64,000 nucleotides of DNA from Eubacteriales bacterium (GTDB lineage Bacteria; Bacillota; Clostridia; Oscillospirales; CAG-382). The stretch covers positions 501 to 64,500 of the forward strand of contig JAZRTY010000043.1 of the NCBI GenBank assembly GCA_045652245.1. Direction: 5' to 3'. The position numbers were made by a program, and so were the translations under genes. The notes under the pieces are model-generated. The model was not told the DNA's origin. It saw nothing but the letters and a program-made list of their open reading frames with translations, and did no database searches. Shown here piece by piece: positions 35,768 through 44,367 of this stretch. Every line of letters starts with the position of its first letter. Position 1 is the stretch's first letter.

Positions 35768-36931
35768 ATGATTAATTTCTTTTTACCAACAAGACTCATT
35801 ATTGGCGAAGGCGCACTTGACAAACTTTCAGAACAGAAGCTTTGTGGAGACAAGGCAATTATTGTTACATACGGAGATTATGTAAAGCAGCTCGGCTATC
35901 TTGACAGAACTATTGAACAGCTCAAGAAAGCAGGAGTTGAAAGCGTAGTTTACGACGGAGTAACTCCCAACCCCACAAAAGACGAAGTACACGAAGGTGC
36001 TGCAATGGCAAGACAGTTCGGTGCAAAGTTCGTAGTAGGACTTGGCGGCGGTAGTGCTATTGACACAGCTAAGGCAGTTGCTATTATGTCAACAAACGAA
36101 GGTGACTTCTGGGATTACGTTCCCGGTGGTACAGGACTTGGCAAAGAATTCCCGAACGATCCCCTTCCTGTTATTGCAATCACAACTACTGCAGGTACAG
36201 GTACAGAAGCTGACCCGTGGATGGTTATTACAAAGACAGAAACAAACGAAAAAATCGGTTCAGGTAACGACAGAACATACCCCTACCTTGCAATCGTTGA
36301 CCCTGCACTTATGGTTACAGTTCCCCCGAGACTTACAGCTTTTCAGGGCTTTGATGCGCTCTTCCATTCAACAGAAGGCTATCTTAACAAGAACGCAAAT
36401 GACCTGAGCGACATTTTTGCTCTTAAGGCAATTGAGCTTGTAGGTAAGAGCCTTGTTAATGCAGTTAAGAACGGTAAGGATATGCAGGCTCGTACAGATA
36501 TTGCTCTTGCTAATACTCTTTCAGGTATCAATGAACACGCTGCAGGCACTATTTCTGCACACAGTCTCGCACACGCAATGAGCGCAGTTCACTCAAATAT
36601 GGAACACGGTGCTTCTCTTGTTGCAACAAGTATTGCTTATTACACAATGCTTGCACAGTCAGGACAGTGCGACGAAAAGATGATTAAAATGGCAAAGCTT
36701 ATCGGCAAGCCTGATGCCAAGAGTGCATCTGACTTTGTTGATGCTCTTGCAGCTCTTATTTCTGCTTGTGGCGTTGATGATGTTAAGCTCAGCGACTATG
36801 GCTTCAAGTACGAAGAACTTGAAATGGTAGCAAAGCACGCAAGATATGTACAGGGTGGTCTTTACTTCGTTGACCCGATCACTGTTACAGACGAGGCTAT
36901 GCTTGAAGTTCTTCAGAAGTCTTACAAGTAA
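35768..36931 (+). CDS. Iron-containing alcohol dehydrogenase (lactaldehyde reductase / FucO-like)
   Basis: GLGGGSAIDTAKA, metal-binding His residues (HSLAHAMSAVH), 387 aa. Confidence 0.92.
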   Translation: MINFFLPTRLIIGEGALDKLSEQKLCGDKAIIVTYGDYVKQLGYLDRTIEQLKKAGVESVVYDGVTPNPTKDEVHEGAAMARQFGAKFVVGLGGGSAIDTAKAVAIMSTNEGDFWDYVPGGTGLGKEFPNDPLPVIAITTTAGTGTEADPWMVITKTETNEKIGSGNDRTYPYLAIVDPALMVTVPPRLTAFQGFDALFHSTEGYLNKNANDLSDIFALKAIELVGKSLVNAVKNGKDMQARTDIALANTLSGINEHAAGTISAHSLAHAMSAVHSNMEHGASLVATSIAYYTMLAQSGQCDEKMIKMAKLIGKPDAKSASDFVDALAALISACGVDDVKLSDYGFKYEELEMVAKHARYVQGGLYFVDPITVTDEAMLEVLQKSYK

Positions 36932-36965
36932 TATAAAGTTTTAACACACTGAAAAGGAAAAAATT

Positions 36966-37961
36966 ATGTCTAATAAAATTCACTTCGAACCACTCCGTCC
37001 CGAAAGATCTGCCGGAGTAAAGAGCAAGTACGAATTCACACACGGTACAGACTCTGTTTGTGTTTACGATATTGAAACTCTTGATTTTATAAAGGAAATA
37101 CCGGTAGGTCCGCATCCTGACTGTCACGCAACAAGCGTTGACGGAAAGTTCTTATATATTGCTTGTCACGACGGTCTTTACTGTATTTCACAGGAAACCC
37201 TTGAAGTAGCAAAGATTTTTAAAGCAGAATGGCTGTATGCTACAAACGTGTTGCCTGACGGAAATACGCTTTTTGCTCACGACCAGGCAGGTGGTGTTGT
37301 AATCCTCAAGGACATTACCGATATGGATAAAATCCACATCCACAAGCGTATTCAGGTTATCCCTAATGGAAAGTACAGATGCGAAATCGGTGGCAAGGGT
37401 AACTTTACTGCAGACGGAAGATATTACATCTGTGCAAGTTGGCTTCAGTCTGTAATTTATCGTTTTGATTTGGAAAACGATTTCAGCTTTGAAACCTTTG
37501 TTCCGTTCAACGCAGACCTGAAATGCAGTGATGACTTAGTCCTCAACGCAGACCGTACAAAGGCATATACTGCTTGCTGGAGAAAAGACGTAAATTCACA
37601 CGTTGCAGTTATTGATATGGCAAAACAAGAGGTTATAAAGCTTATCCCGACAGGACATGGCAACTGTGGTCTTACAATGACAGGCGACGAGCGTTATGTT
37701 ATCGGCTCGAATGACGGTGATGATACAATTTCTGTTATTGACACCCATACAGACGAGGTTGTTCGTACACTTTCAGCCCACGAAGGTTTTGAAAAGCTCG
37801 GAATTACAGGTTATATTCAGGGCATTTCAGCAGGAACAGACGATTCAATCTATGTTTACGGCTGTTCAGGAAACGGTGCGCTTGTAAGATTCTCGGATAT
37901 TCTGGGAGATGCAAAGGTAGATATTTCATATCCCGGTGGTAAATATTCGGGAAAGGCATAA
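36966..37961 (+). CDS. Beta-propeller protein (YVTN / 7-bladed lactonase-like repeats), cytoplasmic
   Basis: Repeating ~45-aa units of the type VGPHPDCHATSVDGKFLYIACHDG..., LPDGNTLFAHDQAGG..., TADGRYYICASW..., NADRTKAYTAC..., TGDERYVIGSNDGDDTISVID. No signal peptide. Confidence 0.7.
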   Translation: MSNKIHFEPLRPERSAGVKSKYEFTHGTDSVCVYDIETLDFIKEIPVGPHPDCHATSVDGKFLYIACHDGLYCISQETLEVAKIFKAEWLYATNVLPDGNTLFAHDQAGGVVILKDITDMDKIHIHKRIQVIPNGKYRCEIGGKGNFTADGRYYICASWLQSVIYRFDLENDFSFETFVPFNADLKCSDDLVLNADRTKAYTACWRKDVNSHVAVIDMAKQEVIKLIPTGHGNCGLTMTGDERYVIGSNDGDDTISVIDTHTDEVVRTLSAHEGFEKLGITGYIQGISAGTDDSIYVYGCSGNGALVRFSDILGDAKVDISYPGGKYSGKA

Positions 37962-37988
37962 TTATACACAGTTTATCAGGAGGTATTT

Positions 37989-40196
37989 ATGACAATAGAT
38001 ACTTTAAAAAATGCTATAAAGGTTGAGCCCTTTGCCATTGGCTTTCTTGAAGCCGAAGGAAAAAGCATTGAATACAAAGTAGCAAACGGTATGCTTTGCT
38101 ACGCAAAACACAGAGATATCGAAATTCTTGACGGTCAGATGTTTGCAGGAAACTTCACACTTTCTGAGTTCAAACCTGCCAACACCTGTATTGTAACCTA
38201 TGACCACGGAAGAGGTATCCATTCTTCTTCAATAAAGCTTGAGGAAAATATAAAGAAATATCCCGAACTTGAAGCAGAGCTTCGTGAAATTCACGAAAGA
38301 ATGCTCAAGGTTTCTACCACGTCTGTAATTCACTCAAAAACAACTGAGCATCACAACGATATTCTGGAATCTATGGCAGGCTGGGGCGGCGGTGTACGCA
38401 ACTGGGCAGGTGGTCATTCAAATCCCGACTATATGCTTCACGAGGGTACTATTGCTCTTCGTAAGAAGGTAGAAAAGTTCCGAAAGCTCAATCCCGGCAA
38501 GGATGAATTCTACGATGCACTCGTTCTTTGTATTGACGCTATGGATATTACCGCACAGAGATACAGAGAGTATGCTCTTGAAATGGCAGAAAAGTCAGAG
38601 GGTACAGAAAAGGAAAGATTCACAAGAATCGCAAATGCTCTTGAGTGGGTACCTATGAACAAACCCCGTGACTTCTTCGAGGCTTGTCAGAGTTATTGGC
38701 TTGTATTCCTTATGGACGGAAGTGACTCTCCCGGAAACTTTGACAGAGTAATGATTGACTATTACAGAATGAATAGTGAAGAAGACAGACGCGCTTGTCT
38801 TGAGGGACTCTGGCAGGAATTCAGAAGATACAGAGCATGGAATCTTTGCGTTGGCGGAAGTGACGAAAACTGGAACGACACTTCAAACGAGCTTACATAT
38901 GCAATTCTCGAAACTGCAAAGAAATACAAGTACAATACTCCGAACCTGACACTGCGAGTTCACAGAAATACTCCCGACGACCTCTGGCGTCTTGCTGCAG
39001 AAACAATTGCTACCGGTATCGGTATGCCTGCAATTTACAACGACGAATGTGTATGTCCTGCACTTGAGAGCTTCGGAATTACTCCCGAACATTCTCACAA
39101 GTACTGTATGAACGGCTGTAATCAGATTGATATTTACGGCATCAGCCATATGGGACTTGAAGACGGTGAAGTTTGTCTTGCAAAGTGTCTCGAATTCGTA
39201 CTGACAAACGGTAAGTGTGCAATTTCCGGAAAAGAAGTCGGACTTCGCACAGGCGAAATGTGGGAATACACCTCTTTCGAGGAATTCTTCGCAGCATACA
39301 AGGAACAGGTTGAGTATATAGCAGCTGACTGTGTCAGAAGTGCTAACCTTTCTCAGCGTATGATGGCAAAGTACTGTCCTAATCCACACCGTTCACTTCT
39401 TTATGAAGGATGTCTTGAAAAGGGACTTGATATGAAGAATGGTGGACCGATTTACGGTCATGCACAGATTCTTATCGAAGGTCTTGCTGATGCAGTTGAC
39501 TCTTTGGCATCTATCAAGCATTTTGTTTTTGACGAAAAGAAGTATACTCTGACTCAGGTTGCAAAGGCACTTTCCGAAAACTACGAAAATGACCCCGAAA
39601 TGTATCTTGATTTCAAGAATTACGACAAATTCGGTAACGACCACGATGAAACAAACGAAATTTACCGTGAAGTAGTTAATCATTTTAACAGTTACCTTCG
39701 TAACTTCAAGAGTTTCAGAGGCGGTATTTTCGGTGGCGGTTGCAGTACATTCCAGAGAGCAGCAGCCTACGGAATTATGGTTGGTGCTCTGCCTAACGGC
39801 AAAAAGAAGGGCGAATCACTCCTTGCCGACAGTATCGCTGCAACTCCGGGTTGCGATGTAAACGGACCGACAGCACTTATAAAGTCTGTACTTTCTGCTG
39901 ACCAGAAGAATTGTCTTAGCGGAAATGTTATGCAGATGAAGTTTACCAAGAATCTCTTTAATACAGAAAAAGGAATTGCTGCGTTTATCGCTCTTGCAAA
40001 GACTTATTTTGCAGGTGGTGCCGGTCAGCAGCTATCAATCAACGTTCTCTCAAGAGAGGAGCTACTTGACGCAAAGGCGCATCCCGAAAACTACAAGGAT
40101 CTTATTGTAAGAGTCGGTGGTTACAGCGACTACTTTGTAAGACTTCCCGAGGGACTTCGTGATAATGTTATTGCAAGAACCGAAATCGGTTTATAA
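37989..40196 (+). CDS. Glycyl radical enzyme (PFL2/dehydratase-like clade) with an atypical GCNQ Cys loop
   Basis: C-terminal glycyl radical motif IVRVGGYSDYFVRLPEGLRDNVIARTE (Gly711, nt 40119-40121). Cys loop KYCMNGCNQI (Cys377, nt 39117-39119). GALPNGKKKGESLAD matches the GATPDGR region. Confidence 0.92.
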   Translation: MTIDTLKNAIKVEPFAIGFLEAEGKSIEYKVANGMLCYAKHRDIEILDGQMFAGNFTLSEFKPANTCIVTYDHGRGIHSSSIKLEENIKKYPELEAELREIHERMLKVSTTSVIHSKTTEHHNDILESMAGWGGGVRNWAGGHSNPDYMLHEGTIALRKKVEKFRKLNPGKDEFYDALVLCIDAMDITAQRYREYALEMAEKSEGTEKERFTRIANALEWVPMNKPRDFFEACQSYWLVFLMDGSDSPGNFDRVMIDYYRMNSEEDRRACLEGLWQEFRRYRAWNLCVGGSDENWNDTSNELTYAILETAKKYKYNTPNLTLRVHRNTPDDLWRLAAETIATGIGMPAIYNDECVCPALESFGITPEHSHKYCMNGCNQIDIYGISHMGLEDGEVCLAKCLEFVLTNGKCAISGKEVGLRTGEMWEYTSFEEFFAAYKEQVEYIAADCVRSANLSQRMMAKYCPNPHRSLLYEGCLEKGLDMKNGGPIYGHAQILIEGLADAVDSLASIKHFVFDEKKYTLTQVAKALSENYENDPEMYLDFKNYDKFGNDHDETNEIYREVVNHFNSYLRNFKSFRGGIFGGGCSTFQRAAAYGIMVGALPNGKKKGESLLADSIAATPGCDVNGPTALIKSVLSADQKNCLSGNVMQMKFTKNLFNTEKGIAAFIALAKTYFAGGAGQQLSINVLSREELLDAKAHPENYKDLIVRVGGYSDYFVRLPEGLRDNVIARTEIGL

Positions 40197-40232
40197 GCTT
40201 TTTACAAAAAATAATAAAATAATAATAAAATT

Positions 40233-40270
40233 GAGGCTGGTGCGAATTTTCGCATCAGCCTTGATTTTTT
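40233..40270. terminator. Bidirectional terminator between the GRE and apgM genes
   Basis: aggctggtgcg-aatttt-cgcatcagcct followed by tgatttttt. Confidence 0.75.
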
Positions 40271-40273
40271 GTT

Positions 40274-41500
40274 TTAAAATTCAATAAAGTCCTGCATCAT
40301 ATTGTGGCCCTTACTGTAAAAATCCACCTTGACCTTGCCGTCGGCATCGTGACCGAAAAATTCGTCATAGCCGAGCGCTCCACTATTATACTTATTTTTG
40401 CTCGAATACATTACATAGGGTACAGCATCAAGTGAGTGGGTTCTCTTTTCAAGGGGTGTCGGGTGGTCAGGGAGAATAAAGAATTTAAAGTCTTCTCCTG
40501 TTCCCTCAAGGTAATCATAAACCGGCTTTATGATTCTACTGTCAAGATACTCGATAGATTTTACCTTGTTCTCAATTTCTGCTCTGTGTCCACACTCGTC
40601 GGGAGCTTCAACGTGGATATATACAAAATCGTCGCCGTTTTTGAAGGCATCAATTGCAGCCTGTGCCTTGCCCTCGTAGTTTGTATGTATATTTCCGGTA
40701 GCCCCCTCGATATCCGGCACCTTCATTCCGGCACACAGTCCGATACCTTTTATAAGGTCAACTGCAGAAATTACAGTTCCGGAAAGCCCGAAGCGTTCCG
40801 AGAAAGAGGTCAGAAACGGCTTTTTACCTGGGCTCCATATCCAGAGGGAATTTGCAGGGAGCAAGCCTTTCTTTTTTCTCTCGATATTTACAGGGTGATT
40901 ACGAAGAATCTCCCAGCTTTTTTTCATAATATCATAATAAGGCTTTCCCACCTCGCCCTGTGGCAGATACTCCCCGATAACATTTCCGAGTATATCGTGA
41001 GGACGGGTAAAGTCAAGCGTCTGTGGTGCATTTTTCCAGATAAGACAATGACGGTAGCTCACACCGGTATAATATGTACGAAGCTCGTCGCCCATTTCCT
41101 TCTGGAGTGTTTCTATAAGCTGTCTTGACTCATCTGTGGAAATTTCATCAGCACTATGGTCAAGAATTGTAAGCTCTTCGTAAACGTCACCCTCAGAGAG
41201 TGCTACGGTATTTATTCTGAAGGCTGTTTCGTCTTCTTTCATATCAATACCCATACTCACTGCTTCAAGAGGAGAACGTCCCTTTGAGTAGATTTTAGGG
41301 TCATAACCGAGAACTGCAAGATTTGCAGTATCGCTTTCCGGCACCATATCCATAGGTACGTTATGTGAAAAACCGATTTTTCCGTTTCTTGCCATCATAT
41401 CGGTATATGGCTTGTGTGCTACCTGAAGTGGAGTCTTGTTTCCGAAGGCTTCGTGTCTGTAATCCGACATTCCGTCGCCGATAACTACTACGTATTTCAT
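40274..41500 (-). CDS. apgM: Cofactor-independent phosphoglycerate mutase, ApgM type
   Basis: MKYVVVIGDGMSDY...TPLQVAHKPYTDMMARNG... and the alkaline-phosphatase-superfamily metal ligands (HVEAPDECGH). Confidence 0.88.
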   Translation of the reverse strand: MKYVVVIGDGMSDYRHEAFGNKTPLQVAHKPYTDMMARNGKIGFSHNVPMDMVPESDTANLAVLGYDPKIYSKGRSPLEAVSMGIDMKEDETAFRINTVALSEGDVYEELTILDHSADEISTDESRQLIETLQKEMGDELRTYYTGVSYRHCLIWKNAPQTLDFTRPHDILGNVIGEYLPQGEVGKPYYDIMKKSWEILRNHPVNIERKKKGLLPANSLWIWSPGKKPFLTSFSERFGLSGTVISAVDLIKGIGLCAGMKVPDIEGATGNIHTNYEGKAQAAIDAFKNGDDFVYIHVEAPDECGHRAEIENKVKSIEYLDSRIIKPVYDYLEGTGEDFKFFILPDHPTPLEKRTHSLDAVPYVMYSSKNKYNSGALGYDEFFGHDADGKVKVDFYSKGHNMMQDFIEF

Positions 41501-41525
41501 TTTTTTACTTCCTTTTATCTATAAT

Positions 41526-42152
41526 TTAAAGCTTAAATATTATTCCGACAACTGCACCGAGTGCTATAAATACTATCGGGTGTACCTTTTTAAATTTTAC
41601 AACTATCGGTATCATAAGGGCAAAAAATATAATCGCAATATAATTTACACTCTGTGGTACTGTGATAAAACCAAGCAGTTTTTGCGCATCTGATGAAAAT
41701 GTAAAAACCGACATTATCAGAACATCAAGCATTGCCGCTGTAATAAGAGCTGCCGAGCAGGGACGGATTCCGTAAAATGCTCCGTCAACTAACTTATTGT
41801 TCTTAAACTTTTCAAGAAACTTTGCAACTATTAAAATTACAATAAGTGACGGTGTAACAAGAGATAGAGTTGCAAGTATTCCACATAATATCCCTGCAAG
41901 GATTCCACCATCCGAAAAGCCCATATTAAAGCCGGCATAGGTTGCCATATTAACGCCGATAGGACCGGGGGTCGATTCGGAAACGGCTATCATATCGGTA
42001 AGCTCGGAAACCGAAAACCAATTATATGCTTCGTAGTATTTTTCTGCCATTTCTTTAAGAAACGGAATTGTCGCAAGTCCCCCACCTACTGCAAAAAGAC
42101 CGGTCTTGAAAAATTCAAACATTAAAAGGAGAAGCTCTGTAACACTAACCAT
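41526..42152 (-). CDS. Chromate transporter (CHR) family protein, half-size
   Basis: FKTGLFAVGGGLATIPF and GPIGVNMATYAGF motifs. Paired with an adjacent half-size paralogue. Confidence 0.85.
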   Translation of the reverse strand: MVSVTELLLLMFEFFKTGLFAVGGGLATIPFLKEMAEKYYEAYNWFSVSELTDMIAVSESTPGPIGVNMATYAGFNMGFSDGGILAGILCGILATLSLVTPSLIVILIVAKFLEKFKNNKLVDGAFYGIRPCSAALITAAMLDVLIMSVFTFSSDAQKLLGFITVPQSVNYIAIIFFALMIPIVVKFKKVHPIVFIALGAVVGIIFKL

Positions 42153-42700
42153 TACTTTTTATCTCCTTTCTTTATAAAGCATCTGACGGTAATTCCTGAA
42201 AGAGCCGAAATCACAACTGCAAGAACCGGCGTAATTCCGAGCAATTCAAGTGCTAAAAATACAAGTACTGCAATAATTGCAGTTACAGCATCAACAATAC
42301 CTTTTTTGAAAAGCTTGAATATTGACACAGAAACAAGCGCACAAACTGCAAGTCTTATTCCCGAGAGAGCGTGTTGAACGTATGTATTATCAGAAAAATG
42401 ATTAAGTACTGATGCGATAAGTGAAATTATGACAATAGACGGAGATACAACTCCGAGAGTTGCAAAAATTGCACCAAGCACCCCTGCCCTTTTGTAACCT
42501 ATAAAGGTTGCAACATTAACTGCTATAACACCGGGGGTACACTGACCTACTGCAAAGTAGTCCATAACAGAGTTTTCATCCGACCAGCCTTTTTTTTCGA
42601 CAACCTCTCTTTGTATAAGCGGGAGCATAGCATAACCGCCACCAAAGGTAAAAAGACCGATTCTGAAGAAGGTCGCATATAAATCAAATAATAGCTTCAT
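42152..42700 (-). CDS. Chromate transporter (CHR) family protein, half-size
   Basis: FRIGLFTFGGGYAMLPL and CTPGVIAVNVATFIGY motifs. Its stop overlaps the start of the partner gene. Confidence 0.85.
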   Translation of the reverse strand: MKLLFDLYATFFRIGLFTFGGGYAMLPLIQREVVEKKGWSDENSVMDYFAVGQCTPGVIAVNVATFIGYKRAGVLGAIFATLGVVSPSIVIISLIASVLNHFSDNTYVQHALSGIRLAVCALVSVSIFKLFKKGIVDAVTAIIAVLVFLALELLGITPVLAVVISALSGITVRCFIKKGDKK

Positions 42701-42709
42701 ATCTGTTCC

Positions 42710-43225
42710 TTATTTTAAATCAATATTTTCAGTAAAAATTTGCAAAGCCAAGGATTTATTCGAGTATCTTTTGTCGTCTGTTACCTCGCGAATAACGGTA
42801 ATATACTGTGGAATACAGTACTGTTCGTTCTCGTTTTGCAGTTCTATTTCAAGAATAGCTCTGTCAGACCAGAACGGGTAAATATCAATTTCAAGAGTGT
42901 GTCTGCCGTTTGGAATTGCATATCTTTCCTTTGAAATTGTCTGCCTTGAAGTATCACGGCACAAAAGCAACTCTGTATAGACTTCCTGAGATATTTCCTT
43001 TTCATATTCCTCGTGGGAAAAGGAGAGCGTTTTTGTCTTTTTATTTATGTGATAAAAAGCTTCTTTGTCCTGTACTGTTTTTCGCACACGCAGACTACCC
43101 GTATCACAAAGAAGGTAGGTTTGCTCTATTTCTTTTTTGACACAGCCCTCTTGCCTTTCAAGGATAGCCTTGTCGGGGTATCTTATTAAAAACTTTCTTT
43201 CAGTTTCAATCTGGAGTTTTTCCAT
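42710..43225 (-). CDS. CYTH-domain protein (triphosphate tunnel metalloenzyme family)
   Basis: N-terminal ExExK signature (IETERKFLI). Start at MEKLQIE. Confidence 0.82.
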   Translation of the reverse strand: MEKLQIETERKFLIRYPDKAILERQEGCVKKEIEQTYLLCDTGSLRVRKTVQDKEAFYHINKKTKTLSFSHEEYEKEISQEVYTELLLCRDTSRQTISKERYAIPNGRHTLEIDIYPFWSDRAILEIELQNENEQYCIPQYITVIREVTDDKRYSNKSLALQIFTENIDLK

Positions 43226-43238
43226 AAAAACACCACCC

Positions 43239-43868
43239 TTACATTTCACGTCTGCCCTCTATTGCCTTGAAGAGTGTAAATTCATCGGCATACTCAAGGT
43301 CACCACCAACGGGAATACCGTACGCAAGTCGGGTAACCTTAACACCAAGCGGCTTTGCAAGTCTTGAAATATACATAGCCGTGGCATCCCCCTCAACTGT
43401 CGGGTTTGTCGCAAGAATAAGCTCGATTTCTCTGCCGCTTCCGTCACTCTGAAGCTCATTTATACGCGATAACAGCTCCTTTACGGTTATATCGGATGGT
43501 CCTATTCCGTTAAGAGGAGAAATTATCCCGTGAAGTACGTGGAAAGAGCCTTTATATTCGTTTATTCTCTCAACTGCGGCAACGTCTCTTGGGTCCTCAA
43601 GGACACAAATCTGGTATTTATTGCGTTCAGTGTCAGAGCAAACATCACAAATGTCGCTATCACAGATATTGCAACAAACAGTACATCTCTTTGTCTGTAC
43701 TTTTGCAGCAAGCAACGCATCTGCAAAGGAACGTACCTCGCCGTCACTAAGAGTTAAAATATGGAAAGCAAGTCGGTAGGAGGTTTTCCTTCCGATACCC
43801 GGAAGACTTCTGAACTTGTCTGCAAGATTCTCAAGCGCAGGCACATATTCTTTTCCGTTCTTTGCCAT
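43239..43868 (-). CDS. recR: Recombination protein RecR
   Basis: HhH (LPGIGRKTSYRLAFHIL), C4 zinc finger (CTVCCNICDSDICDVC) and Toprim domain. Confidence 0.96.
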   Translation of the reverse strand: MAKNGKEYVPALENLADKFRSLPGIGRKTSYRLAFHILTLSDGEVRSFADALLAAKVQTKRCTVCCNICDSDICDVCSDTERNKYQICVLEDPRDVAAVERINEYKGSFHVLHGIISPLNGIGPSDITVKELLSRINELQSDGSGREIELILATNPTVEGDATAMYISRLAKPLGVKVTRLAYGIPVGGDLEYADEFTLFKAIEGRREM

Positions 43869-43869
43869 A

Positions 43870-44217
43870 TCAGAATAGTCCCGGCATTGAAATATTGCCG
43901 GTAATCTTGTTCATCGCTTCAGCACTTTCGCTCTCTACTTTCTTGATAGCCTCGTTAACTGCCGCAACAAGGGTATCCTCAAGTGTTTCAATATCATCCG
44001 GATCAACAATATCCTCGGAAAGCTTTATTGAAAGTACTTCCTTTTTTCCGTTGATTTTTATGTTTACTGCTCCCCCGCCTGCAGCAATATCATATTCCTT
44101 TGCATTCAGCTCCTCCTGCATCTGCTCCATTTCAGCCTGCATTTTCTGAGCCTGCTTTATCATTGACTGCATATTCTGAGGTCCGCCACCCATTCCTTTT
44201 GGTAATCTTGCTTTCAT
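43870..44217 (-). CDS. ybaB: Nucleoid-associated protein YbaB/EbfC
   Basis: QNMQSMIKQAQKMQAEMEQMQEEL... is typical of the family. Directly upstream of recR. Start set at the ATG (MKARLPKG), because the track start is a TTG. Confidence 0.92.
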   Translation of the reverse strand: MKARLPKGMGGGPQNMQSMIKQAQKMQAEMEQMQEELNAKEYDIAAGGGAVNIKINGKKEVLSIKLSEDIVDPDDIETLEDTLVAAVNEAIKKVESESAEAMNKITGNISMPGLF

Positions 44218-44367
44218 TTTAAAATTTCCTTTCAATATATATCTATTTCAGATTATGATAAATTATCATAATTATACCATAAAAAGCCCTACTTTGTCAA
44301 GCATTGGAACAACATTTGACGCCCGATGAAAAAGACTATCGCAACATACTGCGACAGTCCTTGTTCT

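Noticed and set aside
40436-41128. 230-aa + strand ORF
   Set aside because: It is antisense to apgM, with no motifs.
37989-41500. GRE-activating enzyme next to the glycyl radical enzyme
   Set aside because: The next gene is a convergent phosphoglycerate mutase, and no CX3CX2C ORF exists in any frame between 34.7 and 42 kb. The activase must be encoded elsewhere.
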